Of a DNA stretch of 64,000 bases, positions 54,720-64,000 are shown piece after piece (position 1 is the first letter of the stretch; each line of letters opens with the position of its first letter). The notes below the pieces were generated by a model. That model was given only the letters and a program-made list of their open reading frames with translations, was not told the DNA's origin and did no database searches. Made by a program: the position numbers and the translations under genes. The DNA comes from Chthoniobacteraceae bacterium (GTDB lineage: Bacteria > Verrucomicrobiota > Verrucomicrobiia > Chthoniobacterales > Chthoniobacteraceae), in the NCBI GenBank assembly GCA_031409335.1, contig JANNWY010000212.1, forward strand, positions 41,471 to 105,470, written 5' to 3'.

Positions 54720-57605
54720 ATGAATCAGCTCCTGCTCCGCACTTTATCGCTGTTTGCCTTCACGGGATTGGTCGGAAGCGCTGCGGCGGAAGAGGCGCGG
54801 TTTTTCCGCGGAGTGGTGCTGAATGGCCCGGCGCTGACGATCGATGGGAATGTGTGGGACGGAAAGGATGCGAAGGATTTTTCCGCGACGGGAAAGGAGT
54901 TCGAGAATCAAAGTGTGACGCTCAAACCCGCGACGGACACGGCGCGCGCGCGGATGATTCGCGCGAGCCGCTGGGGCGACAAGGTGGACGTCACGATCGC
55001 GAACGTGCCGCCCGCCGCGTATCAGGTTTTCCTCTACGTGTGGGAGGACACGCTCAGCGAGCGCTTCAAGCTGCTCGTGAATGATCGCGTGGTCGTGGAG
55101 GAATTCCACAGCGGCAGCGCGGGCATGTGGAAGCGGCTCGGGCCGTGGCCGGCGGAGAGCGCGGGCGGGACGATCAAGATTTCGGCGCGCGCAGCGAGTC
55201 ATGGCGCGGCGAATCTTTCGGGCGTGGAGATTTGGCGCGGGAGCGGGGCGATCCTGGCGGTGCGCGGCGCGGAGTTTGTGAGTGCGCCGACGGCGGAGCA
55301 GGTCGCGTTTTTTGAAAGTAAAATCCGGCCCGTGCTGGTGGAGCAGTGTTACAAATGTCACAGCGCGCAAGCGGAGAAAATCAAAGGCGGGCTCGTGCTG
55401 GATTCGCGCGCGGGTGTGGTGAAAGGCGGCGACACCGGCGCGGCCATCGCGCCTGGCGATCCCGATGCGAGCCTGCTCATCCAGGCCGTGCGCCATCTGG
55501 ATGAAAATGTCGCGATGCCGCCAAAGAAAAAGCTGCCGCCCGAGCAAATCGCGGCTCTGGAAGAGTGGGTGAAGATGGGCGCGCCCGATCCGCGCACGGA
55601 CGACACAGTGGCCGCAGTTCAGGCGAAGACCGCGATCGACTGGACGAAGGCGCGCAAGTGGTGGGCCTTCCGCCCGCTGGCCGCGCCGCCCGCGCCAGAG
55701 GTGAAAGACGCCGCATGGCCTGCGAACGAGGTGGACCGTTTCATCCTCGCGCGCATCGCGGCGGCGGGCCTGGAACCCAGCGCCGATGCGGAGGCGCGCA
55801 CCTTCATCCGCCGCGCCACTTACGACCTCACCGGCCTGCCGCCGACTCCCGAGGAAGTGGAGGCTTTCGCAAATGAGTCGCATGGGTCGCATGGGTCCTA
55901 TGAAAAGCTCATCGACCGCCTGCTCGCCTCGCCCGCATATGGCGAACGCTGGGGCCGTCACTGGCTCGACGTGGTGCGCTACGCCGACACCGCTGGCGAC
56001 AACTCCGACTTCCCCATCCCGCAGATGCACAAGTATCGCGATTGGGTCATCGCAGCCCTCAACCGCGACCTGCCCTACGACCAGTTCGTTCGCGCGCAAA
56101 TCGCGGGCGATCTGCTGCCCGCGCGCACGCCGGAGCAAATCATCGCGACCGGCTACATCGCGAACTCGCGCCGTTTCGGATCGCGCGTCGAGGATTACCC
56201 GCAGCATCTCACGATCGAGGACACGCTCGATAATTTCGGACGCGCCTTTCTCGGCCTCACGATCAATTGCGCGCGCTGCCACGATCACAAATTCGATCCC
56301 ATCACCGCGCAGGATTACTACGCGCTTTACGGCATCTTCCACAGCACGCGCTACCCGTGGCCCGGCATCGAGCTGGAGCAAAAGCAGCGCGACTTCGTGC
56401 CGCTCGTCGCGCCGGAAAAACTCGCCGAAGCCGAGGCCGCCAAAAAGGATCGCGACACCGAGTTGAGCAAGCTGGAGAAGGAAGTGCAGAAGCTGAAGGA
56501 CTCGCTGAAAAACACCGCCGACCCGGAGAAAAAAAACGTCGAAGCACAAATCAAGGATGCGGAAAAAGCCGCTTCGGATTTTAAGAAAAAACCGCTGCCC
56601 TACGAACTCGCCTACGCCGTCGCGGATGCAAAGCGCACCGGCGATGTGCCCGTGCAAATGAAAGGCGATCCCGCCAAACCGGGCGAAGTCGTGCGCCGGC
56701 ATTTCCTCACCGTGCTCGGCGGCGCGGAGTTGCCGCCCGACGATGTATCGAGCGGCCGACTGCGTCTCGCCGACTGGCTTTTGGATCCATCGAATCCGCT
56801 CCCTGCGCGCGTGATGGTGAACCGGATTTGGCAGCAGCATTTCGGCAAAGGGCTCGTGCCGACGCCGAACGATTTCGGCAAACAAGGCAAGCCACCCACG
56901 CATCCCGAACTGCTCGACTGGCTCGCCACGCGCTTCATCGCGGAAGGCTGGTCGGCGAAAAAGATGCACCGCGTCATCATGCTCTCGCACACCTACCGCC
57001 TCGCCAGCACGCGCGACGCGGACGCGCTCGCGAAGGATCCGAACAACACGCTGCTCGCAGCCTTCCCCCGCCGCCGGCTCGATGCCGAAAGCATCCGCGA
57101 CACTCTGCTCGCGCTCGGTGGCGCGCTCGATCGCACGCCCGCTGGCGCGCATCCGTTCCCGCCTGAGAGCGATTGGAAATTCACGCAGCACAATCCTTTC
57201 AAAGCCACCTACGAGACAAACAAACGCAGCGTGTATCTGATGACGCAACGCATCCAACGGCATCCCTACCTCGCCATCTTCGACGGAGCCGACCCCAGCA
57301 CCAGCACCCCCGCGCGCCCCGCGAGCACCACCCCGCTGCAAGCGCTCTTCCTGCTCAACGACCCGCTCGTCCACGAGCAGTCCAAATGCTTTGCCGCCCG
57401 ACTTTGCGCCGAAGCGCCCGATGTCGTGGTGCGCATCCAGCGCGCCCACGCGCTCCTCTTCGCCCGCCCTGCGTCGGAAGACGAAGTGATCGACGCTCAG
57501 GGTTTCCTCGAGAATGTCCGCGCGAAAACCGGCGATGAATCCGAAGCGTGGCGCGCCTACGTGCGCGTGCTGTTCCGCTTGAATGAGTTTGTGTACATCG
57601 ACTGA
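54720..57605 (+). CDS. Planctomycete cytochrome c / DUF1549 / DUF1553 protein with an N-terminal beta domain
   Basis: CYKCH, CARCHDH, YGERWGRHWLD, ARVMVNRIW, PTHPELLD. Confidence 0.92.
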   Translation: MNQLLLRTLSLFAFTGLVGSAAAEEARFFRGVVLNGPALTIDGNVWDGKDAKDFSATGKEFENQSVTLKPATDTARARMIRASRWGDKVDVTIANVPPAAYQVFLYVWEDTLSERFKLLVNDRVVVEEFHSGSAGMWKRLGPWPAESAGGTIKISARAASHGAANLSGVEIWRGSGAILAVRGAEFVSAPTAEQVAFFESKIRPVLVEQCYKCHSAQAEKIKGGLVLDSRAGVVKGGDTGAAIAPGDPDASLLIQAVRHLDENVAMPPKKKLPPEQIAALEEWVKMGAPDPRTDDTVAAVQAKTAIDWTKARKWWAFRPLAAPPAPEVKDAAWPANEVDRFILARIAAAGLEPSADAEARTFIRRATYDLTGLPPTPEEVEAFANESHGSHGSYEKLIDRLLASPAYGERWGRHWLDVVRYADTAGDNSDFPIPQMHKYRDWVIAALNRDLPYDQFVRAQIAGDLLPARTPEQIIATGYIANSRRFGSRVEDYPQHLTIEDTLDNFGRAFLGLTINCARCHDHKFDPITAQDYYALYGIFHSTRYPWPGIELEQKQRDFVPLVAPEKLAEAEAAKKDRDTELSKLEKEVQKLKDSLKNTADPEKKNVEAQIKDAEKAASDFKKKPLPYELAYAVADAKRTGDVPVQMKGDPAKPGEVVRRHFLTVLGGAELPPDDVSSGRLRLADWLLDPSNPLPARVMVNRIWQQHFGKGLVPTPNDFGKQGKPPTHPELLDWLATRFIAEGWSAKKMHRVIMLSHTYRLASTRDADALAKDPNNTLLAAFPRRRLDAESIRDTLLALGGALDRTPAGAHPFPPESDWKFTQHNPFKATYETNKRSVYLMTQRIQRHPYLAIFDGADPSTSTPARPASTTPLQALFLLNDPLVHEQSKCFAARLCAEAPDVVVRIQRAHALLFARPASEDEVIDAQGFLENVRAKTGDESEAWRAYVRVLFRLNEFVYID

Positions 57606-57606
57606 C

Positions 57607-57743
57607 GCCGAAGGCTCTGGGACTGCTGCGGTTCCTCCGCAGCTTTTCCGAAAGCGAATCGGTAATCCAAACACCATGGCCCGCACCTATCCATCCACTT
57701 CCCAAAGCGGCGAAGGAATCGCCGCAGTCCCAGGGCGCTTCGC
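57607..57743. repeat. REP-like doublet (family A, copy 2) overlapping the DUF1501 start
   Basis: Left arm gccgaaggctctgggact-gctgcgg-ttcct-ccgcagc-tttt; right arm aaagcggcga-aggaa-tcgccgcagtccc; related to 14468-14566. Confidence 0.8.
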
Positions 57744-59097
57744 GCGGCGAGAATTCATCCGCTCCTTGGTCGGCGGCTCGCTGTTGCTGCCGGGGCTTGT
57801 TTCGCAATTGCTTGCCGAAGCGGATGATCCGCTTTCGCCCAAGGCATCGCATTTTCCCGCGCGGGCGAAGCGCGTCATTTTCATTTTCTCGAATGGCGGC
57901 GTGTCGCACATGGACACGTTCGATCACAAACCGAAGCTCTTCGCCGCGGATGGCAAGACGATGGGCATCGGCGGCGGGCTCTCGAATCAGCAGCGCGTGC
58001 TGCTGAAGCCGGGCTGGGAGTTTCGGCCCGGTGGAAAATCCGGCACGCTCGTGAGTGATCTGTTTCCACACCTGCGCGAGTGCATGGATGACGTGTGCCT
58101 CATCCGCTCGATGAAAAGCGACGACAACGAGCACTACAACGCAACGCTCGGAATTCATTGCGGCTCGTTCTTTTTCTCGCGGCCCAGCATCGGCTCATGG
58201 GTGAGCCACGGGCTGGGAACGTTGAACCAAAATCTACCGTCGTTCGTCGTGCTCGCGGCGGCGATGCCGTACGCCGGGACGCAGATTTTTAACAACGATT
58301 TTCTGCCCGCGTATCATCAGGGCGTGCGCGTGATTCCGGGCAAGGAACCGATCGCGAATCTCGATCGCCGCACCGCGCAAAGCGGCGTGCAGGAAATGGA
58401 ACTCGGGCTCGCCGACGCGTACAATCGCCGCCACTTGCAGGCGCGGGAAAACGACAGCGATCTCGCCGCGCGCATCCGCACTTTCGAGACGGCGTTTCAC
58501 ATGCAGACGGAGGCGCGCGAGGTGTTCGATCTCGCGAAGGAATCCGACAGCACGCTCGCGCTTTACGGCACGAAGCGCGGGCAGAGCGATGGCTTTGGCT
58601 GGCAATGCCTGGTCGCGCGGCGACTCGCGGAACGTGGCGTGCGCTTCATCGAACTCGTCGATGGCAGCTCGTCGAACAACTGGGATCAGCACGGCGACAT
58701 GGCCGAGCACGCCGGCCACGCGCGGAACATCGACCAGCCGATCGCCGGCCTGCTGCGCGATCTGAAACAGCGCGGGATGCTCGACGACACACTCGTGGTG
58801 TGGACGACGGAATTCGGCCGCACGCCTGGCGTCGATGGCACCAAAGGCCGCGGCCATCACAGCGCATGCTTTTCCTCATGGCTCGCCGGTGCGGGAGTGA
58901 AAGGCGGGCTGACCTACGGCGCGACGGATGAAATCGGCTCCACGGTTGTGGAAAACAAAGTCCACGTTCACGACTTCCACGCGACGATCCTGCACCTGCT
59001 CGGCATGGATCACACGCGGCTTACCTACCGCCACGGCGGCCGCGACTATCGGCTCACGGATGTGCATGGAAATGTGGTGAAGGACATCCTCGCGTAA
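57676..59097 (+). CDS. DUF1501 family protein (Tat signal)
   Basis: ARREFI, SHMDTFDHKP, ARRLAERGVRF, WDQH, TEFGRTP, HVHDFHATIL. Confidence 0.92.
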   Translation: MARTYPSTSQSGEGIAAVPGRFARREFIRSLVGGSLLLPGLVSQLLAEADDPLSPKASHFPARAKRVIFIFSNGGVSHMDTFDHKPKLFAADGKTMGIGGGLSNQQRVLLKPGWEFRPGGKSGTLVSDLFPHLRECMDDVCLIRSMKSDDNEHYNATLGIHCGSFFFSRPSIGSWVSHGLGTLNQNLPSFVVLAAAMPYAGTQIFNNDFLPAYHQGVRVIPGKEPIANLDRRTAQSGVQEMELGLADAYNRRHLQARENDSDLAARIRTFETAFHMQTEAREVFDLAKESDSTLALYGTKRGQSDGFGWQCLVARRLAERGVRFIELVDGSSSNNWDQHGDMAEHAGHARNIDQPIAGLLRDLKQRGMLDDTLVVWTTEFGRTPGVDGTKGRGHHSACFSSWLAGAGVKGGLTYGATDEIGSTVVENKVHVHDFHATILHLLGMDHTRLTYRHGGRDYRLTDVHGNVVKDILA

Positions 59098-59104
59098 GGC
59101 GCGA

Positions 59105-59210
59105 AGTAGGGCAGCCGCCCCGGCCGCCGGAAAGTCCCGCGGGCGCCCCGCCCGCAGTAGGCAGGCGGGGCACCCGCCCGACTTTTCACAGCCGAGGCGG
59201 CTGCGCTACT
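59105..59210. repeat. 106-bp REP-like element (family B, copy 2)
   Basis: Begins aGTAG, ends CTACt; ungapped match to 24787-24892. Confidence 0.85.
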
Positions 59211-59282
59211 TTTGCAGTTTTCTGCTTCCCGGAAAACGCGGTGCGAATCATCGTCGCCAACCGCCGCGCGCATTTCACCGCC

Positions 59283-60575
59283 ATGTATCTTCAGGAACTC
59301 AAAATCCAAAACCTCCGCGTCTTTGCCGACGCGGGTGCCACCTTCCAGTATCCGGGGCGCGGACCCGGCACGGGTGAGCGCGCGGTGACTTATCCGAATC
59401 TGAACCTCATCCTCGGCAACAACGGCGCGGGAAAATCCTCGCTCCTCAAAGGCATCGCGCTTGCGTGCCTGGGGCCGCTGGCGATGAAATTCTCGCCTTA
59501 CATGCTCGTCCGCCGCGCGGGCGTGCCCGCGAAGAAAAGGAGTGGCGGAAAACCATTGGAGAACACGGCGACGATCGCGGCGAGCGCGCGGCTGACCTGG
59601 CAGGATCGGGGAAGGAAGAATCCCGAAAGCGAACAGTTGGCGGCGCACTGGGAAACAAACGTCTTTCGCAACGAGGACGAGGAAAGCGTCAATTTCATCG
59701 AAACGCGCGACCCGGCCGTTTCTGAAAGGAACTATCCGAATTGGACGCTGATCCATCAGCAAAAGTCCCCCGCTTTTCTCGCCGTCGGCTATGGCGCGAC
59801 GCGGCGTGTGGATTCCGAGCCGGGCAGCGCGACCACTGGCCAGCGGCTGAAGACTATCCCGCTGCGCCACCAGCGCATCCAGAGTTTGTTCACCGAAGGC
59901 TACACGCTGATCCCGCTCGGCCAGTGGCTGCCCGCGCTGAAAGCCACCAATCCCGGCCGCTTCAAACAAGTCTGCGACCGCATCAACGACCTGCTGCCCG
60001 ACGGCATCGAATTCACCAAGCGCACCGATTCCAGCGGCGAATATCTTTTCGCGCAGCGTGGCGCGCATGTGCCTTTCGCGGCGCTCTCGGATGGCTGCCG
60101 CGCCTTCATCGGCTGGGTCGCCGATCTGCTTTACCACATCTGCTTCGGCTGCCCCTCGGGCGTGAAACTCGTGGACAATTGCGGCATCGTTTTGGTGGAC
60201 GAGATCGACCTTCACCTGCACCCCGAATGGCAGCGCACCATCCTCCCGCGACTCGCCGCCACATTTCCCCGGCTCCAATTCATCGTCACCTCCCACAGCC
60301 CCATCGTCGTCGGTACGCTCCAGCGCGAGAATCTGTGGGTCTGCGAACCCGCGCCGGATGGCAACGGCTCGGTCCTCGCGCAAAAAGAAGCGGGCGTGCA
60401 TGGCCTGAACTCCGATCAAATCCTGCTCACGGAATACTTCGGACTGAAAAGCTCGCGCGCTCCGGCCAAGGTGCGGCAGCTCGATAAAATCGCCGCCGCC
60501 GAGCGCAAAACCGCGGGCCAGGCCTCCGCCTTCCTACGCTCGCTCGTCACCCCGATGGAAGACAGCCGTGACTAG
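59283..60575 (+). CDS. ABC/AAA_21-type ATPase (PtuA-like)
   Basis: MYLQELKIQN, GNNGAGKSS, YGATR, LSDG, VLVDEIDLHLHPEWQ, TSHSP. Confidence 0.88.
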   Translation: MYLQELKIQNLRVFADAGATFQYPGRGPGTGERAVTYPNLNLILGNNGAGKSSLLKGIALACLGPLAMKFSPYMLVRRAGVPAKKRSGGKPLENTATIAASARLTWQDRGRKNPESEQLAAHWETNVFRNEDEESVNFIETRDPAVSERNYPNWTLIHQQKSPAFLAVGYGATRRVDSEPGSATTGQRLKTIPLRHQRIQSLFTEGYTLIPLGQWLPALKATNPGRFKQVCDRINDLLPDGIEFTKRTDSSGEYLFAQRGAHVPFAALSDGCRAFIGWVADLLYHICFGCPSGVKLVDNCGIVLVDEIDLHLHPEWQRTILPRLAATFPRLQFIVTSHSPIVVGTLQRENLWVCEPAPDGNGSVLAQKEAGVHGLNSDQILLTEYFGLKSSRAPAKVRQLDKIAAAERKTAGQASAFLRSLVTPMEDSRD

Positions 60576-61530
60576 CTACCCCTTCACCCACGCCGAAATG
60601 CTCGACGGCATCCGCGCGCTCGATGCCGCATGGCTCGGCAAAGCTGCGGACGCCACCGCCGGGTGCGTGGCCGCGGGGCACTACGTGAAAGTGAACGCTG
60701 CCGGGAAAGAAATCGACGGCCTCTGGGGCGACATCAAGGAAGTCTTCATCAAGCGCCAACACAGCAAATGCTGCTACTGCGAGCGGCTGCTCGAATCGCC
60801 CGCTTTTGGTAAAATCGAGCACGACGTGGAGCACTACCGGCCCAAGAGCCGCGTCAAAAACTGGTTCACGGCCGAGGTCAAAAGCGACTTCCCCGACTGG
60901 CCCGCCGCGCTGCGCCAGAGCGGCGCGAGCGCCAAAGGCTACCACCGCCTCGCCTTCGATCCGCGCAATTACGCGACCTCCTGCAAGACCTGCAATTCGA
61001 CGCTCAAGAGCGATTACTTTCCCGTCGCCGGCACGCCGAAACTCACCGCCGCCAGCCCCGCCGGTGCGCGCAGCGAAAAGCCCTACGTCATCTTCCCCGT
61101 CGGCGATGGCGACGAGCGCGCGGAGAGCCTCATTCAGTTCGACGGCATCCTCGCCCAGCCCGTGCAGGATGCCGCCGCCGACCCCTTCCGGCACTGGCGC
61201 GCGCGGGTCACCATCCGCTTCTTTCGCCTGAACCGCGCCGCGCCCGAAGGCACCGCCGCGCCCGGCGAGGAAGGCCGCGAAAACTTGTACCGGGGCCGCG
61301 CGGAAGCCATCCGCGCGCTCGCCGACTGCCTCGATGCCATCGAGACATCGAGCAACGCCGCCGCCCGCGAAACGCGCAAAGCCACCGTCAAACGCCTCAC
61401 CGCCGTGAAGAGTCCGCACGCGAATTGTTGCAACTCTTTCCTCCGCCTCTGGGCCGCGCCCGCCACGCGCGCCGCCGCCATCCAGCACTGGATGGCTGCG
61501 GAGACCTATCTGCAAAGCGAAGGCGGCTGA
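60568..61530 (+). CDS. HNH endonuclease (PtuB-like)
   Basis: KCCYCE...DVEHYRPKS...YHRLAFDPRNY..SCKTCN..K..YFP; overlaps the ATPase stop. Confidence 0.82.
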   Translation: MTSYPFTHAEMLDGIRALDAAWLGKAADATAGCVAAGHYVKVNAAGKEIDGLWGDIKEVFIKRQHSKCCYCERLLESPAFGKIEHDVEHYRPKSRVKNWFTAEVKSDFPDWPAALRQSGASAKGYHRLAFDPRNYATSCKTCNSTLKSDYFPVAGTPKLTAASPAGARSEKPYVIFPVGDGDERAESLIQFDGILAQPVQDAAADPFRHWRARVTIRFFRLNRAAPEGTAAPGEEGRENLYRGRAEAIRALADCLDAIETSSNAAARETRKATVKRLTAVKSPHANCCNSFLRLWAAPATRAAAIQHWMAAETYLQSEGG

Positions 61531-61613
61531 AGCGCCGACCGCGATGGCGACCGCGTCATCGTCACAAAATCCGCGCCTTCCCTTTCCCCACCGACCCGCT
61601 ACACCGATCGCGC

Positions 61614-63308
61614 ATGTCGAAGACCTTCGCCTGGATCGTCTATCTCCTTACCACCGCATTCTTCGGCGCGTTTTTCATCTGGCCGATCAGCGCCACGATC
61701 GGCGGGGCGTTTTTTGATGCGGATGGAAAATGGACGCTTGAATTCATTGCCGAAGTTTTCCGCAACCGGATTTACCTCGAGGGCCTGCGCAATGCCTTCC
61801 TCCTCGCGGTGTGCAGCACGGTCGCGACGCTGGCCATCGCGCTCCCGCTCGCGATCATCGCCGACCGCTACGAATTCCCCGCGAAGAAATTCCTCTCCGC
61901 GATCATCCTCGTCCCGATGATCCTGCCGCCGTTCGTCGGCGCGATTGGCATTCGCCAAATGCTCGGGCAGTACGGCTCGCTCAATGCGGTGCTCGCGCAT
62001 CTCGGCGTCCTCGGCGAAAGCCAGACGATCGACTGGCTCGGCGAAGGCCGCTTCTGGGGCGTCGTTGCGCTCAATGCGCTGCACCTCTACCCGATCCTCT
62101 TTTTGAACATCGCCGCCGCGCTCGCGAACGTGGACCCCGCGATGGAGGAAGCCGCGCAAAACCTCGGCTGCACTGGCTTCCGCCGCTTCCGGCGAATCAC
62201 GCTCCCGCTTATCATGCCGGGACTTTTCGCGGGCGGCACGATCGTCTTCATCTTCTCCTTCACGGAACTCGGCGTGCCGCTGATCTTCGATTTCTCGCGC
62301 GTCACGAGCGTGCAGATTTTCGATGGCATCAAGGAGATCGCGGGCAATCCGTTTCCATTCGCGCTGGTCGTCGTGATGCTCGTTTCGACAGTGCTGCTCT
62401 ATGCGCTGAGCAAGACGGTTTTCGGCGGCGGCGGTCACGCGATGATGGCGAAGGCGACCACGGCGGGCGGGGCGCGCACGATCAGTCCGCTCGGTGGAAT
62501 CTTGTGTGCGTCAGTGTTCGCGGGCATCACGCTGCTCGCGCTGCTGCCACACGCGGGCGTGGTGCTCGTATCGTTCGCCAGTGAGTGGTATCGCACCGTG
62601 CTGCCTTCGCAATGGACGACGGAGCATTTTGAAATCGCGCTCGGCCACGGCCTCACGGTGCCCTCGATCATGAACAGTTTGAAATACGCGAGCGCCTCGA
62701 CGGTCGTCGATGTCATCCTCGGCGTCGCCATCGCCTACGTCGTCGTCCGCACGAATCTCCCTGGACGCGGTTTGCTCGACGCGATGGCAATGCTCCCGCT
62801 CGCCGTGCCCGGCCTCGTGCTCGCCTTTGGCTACATCTCGATGACGCAAGACGGGCGCATCTTCGACTTCCTAAATCCCGCGAAAGATCCCACTGGCCTG
62901 CTCATCATCGCCTACGCCGTGCGCCGCCTGCCGTACGTGGTGCGGGCAGCAGTCGCGGGCCTTCAGCAGACGAGCGTGACGCTGGAGGAAGCCGCGCAAA
63001 ATCTCGGCTGCCCGCCGCTGCGCACGCTGCGCCGCATCACTTTTCCGCTCATCGCTGCCAACGTGCTCGCCGGCGGCCTGCTCGCGTTTTCCTTCGCCAT
63101 GCTCGAAGTCTCCGACTCGCTCATCCTTGCCGTGCAGCAGACGCATTACCCGATCACGAAAGCGATCTACGAACTCTTCCAGCTCCTCGGCGAAGGCCGC
63201 TTCGTCGCCAGCGCGCTCGGCGTGTGGGCGATGGTTTTCCTCGGCCTCACGATCTTCGCGACGAGCCGGATTCTCGGGAAGAAAATGGGCGCGCTGTTCC
63301 GGGTGTGA
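61614..63308 (+). CDS. Fe(III)-type ABC transporter permease (FbpB-like)
   Basis: Two EEAAQNLG EAA loops, many TM segments; ATG 61614. Confidence 0.88.
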   Translation: MSKTFAWIVYLLTTAFFGAFFIWPISATIGGAFFDADGKWTLEFIAEVFRNRIYLEGLRNAFLLAVCSTVATLAIALPLAIIADRYEFPAKKFLSAIILVPMILPPFVGAIGIRQMLGQYGSLNAVLAHLGVLGESQTIDWLGEGRFWGVVALNALHLYPILFLNIAAALANVDPAMEEAAQNLGCTGFRRFRRITLPLIMPGLFAGGTIVFIFSFTELGVPLIFDFSRVTSVQIFDGIKEIAGNPFPFALVVVMLVSTVLLYALSKTVFGGGGHAMMAKATTAGGARTISPLGGILCASVFAGITLLALLPHAGVVLVSFASEWYRTVLPSQWTTEHFEIALGHGLTVPSIMNSLKYASASTVVDVILGVAIAYVVVRTNLPGRGLLDAMAMLPLAVPGLVLAFGYISMTQDGRIFDFLNPAKDPTGLLIIAYAVRRLPYVVRAAVAGLQQTSVTLEEAAQNLGCPPLRTLRRITFPLIAANVLAGGLLAFSFAMLEVSDSLILAVQQTHYPITKAIYELFQLLGEGRFVASALGVWAMVFLGLTIFATSRILGKKMGALFRV

Positions 63309-63396
63309 TGAAAAGTGGTGCAAGCTGGCCAGGAGGCAGCCTTCCAACGTTCAAAGGCTCCCGCCGGGCTGCCTTGCACCACTTTCAATCACACCC
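63301..63396. repeat. REP-like inverted repeat / possible terminator after the permease
   Basis: 24-nt arms gggtgtgatgaaaagtggtgcaag / cttgcaccactttcaatcacaccc, 2 mismatches. Confidence 0.65.
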
Positions 63397-63474
63397 CTGC
63401 CGGAGTATCGCGCTATTTTCTTTGATGGAAATGCGGGCATCGGAGTTATCTCTTTGCACATCCACTCCACCGCC

Positions 63475-64000
63475 ATGAATACCGATCCACGCTCCATCCT
63501 TTGCTCTGATTGCGCCGGTTCCTCCCGTCGCGATTTCCTAAAGACCACACTCGTCACTGCGGCCGCCACCACGTTCGGCAGCATCCCGATCATCGGTCGC
63601 GCTGCCGATGAAATCGCGAAGCCTAAATCTGAAACGCTTGTTGCGACGCTTTACAAATCCCTGAACGAGCCGCAGCGGAAGGCGCTTTGTTTTCCGTGGG
63701 ATCACTTGCTGCGCACCGAGGTGGATAACAACTGGCACGTCACCGAGCAGCACATCGGCAGTTTTCTCGATGCGGATCAGCAACAGATGGTGCGAGAGAT
63801 TTTCCTCGGTCTGCACAGTCCCGAGTATGCGCAGAAAGTCCTGAAGCAAGTGCAGGACGACAGCGGTGCGGCGGGCTTTGGCGACTCTTCAGTAGCGCTG
63901 TTCGGCGAGCCTGGGACGGGCAAGTTTGAGTTCGTGCTGACGGGCAGGCATTGCACGCGGCGCTGCGATGGCGATTCCACGGAAGGCGCGGCGTTCGGTG
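63475..64000 (+). CDS. Tat-exported DUF3500-like protein (partial, runs off the window)
   Basis: MNTDPRSILCSDCAGSSRRDFLK; LYKSLNEPQRKALCFPWDH; FEFVLTGRHCTRRCDG; open to the window end. Confidence 0.72.
   Translation, partial: MNTDPRSILCSDCAGSSRRDFLKTTLVTAAATTFGSIPIIGRAADEIAKPKSETLVATLYKSLNEPQRKALCFPWDHLLRTEVDNNWHVTEQHIGSFLDADQQQMVREIFLGLHSPEYAQKVLKQVQDDSGAAGFGDSSVALFGEPGTGKFEFVLTGRHCTRRCDGDSTEGAAFG

Noticed and set aside
54744..57686. 980-aa antisense ORF, and similar long shadows (5950-7539, 12712-13974, 42269-44365, 48314-50227)
   Set aside because: Opposite well-supported genes; expected in high-GC DNA; no recognisable motifs.
59098..59282. Retron msr-msd upstream of the ATPase-HNH pair
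   Set aside because: The structured DNA is a second copy of a dispersed repeat (24787-24892), and no reverse transcriptase is present.

Overview
GC-rich bacterial window that reads like a Verrucomicrobia (Chthoniobacter/Spartobacteria-type) chromosome; this is inferred from two PSD1+DUF1501 pairs, a DUF3500-like gene and an ECF/kinase module. The core backbone is fabH-plsX-rpmF-yceD, coaD, pyrF, rpoN, an NtrC-like regulator, gap, an ABC exporter, pdhC and an iron ABC permease, and accessory inserts interrupt it repeatedly. Most notable: the last 21 codons of pdhC occur three times in direct orientation (35753, 36535, 51499). They bracket two integrase-free cassettes: a lone Uma2 gene and a ~15 kb island. 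The island encodes an ECF sigma factor, a Ser/Thr kinase, three membrane proteins sharing a TM+lectin-like module, and three secreted proteins (NlpC/P60, RlpA-like, CAP) sharing an unnamed ~55-aa domain. Other inserts are a SMEK-NACHT-LRR protein, an MNT-HEPN pair and an ABC-ATPase+HNH pair. Several REP-like palindromic families are present, some read in frame inside genes. No rRNA, tRNA, CRISPR array, integrase, transposase or reverse transcriptase was recognised. All family calls are by eye from motifs; no searches were run.
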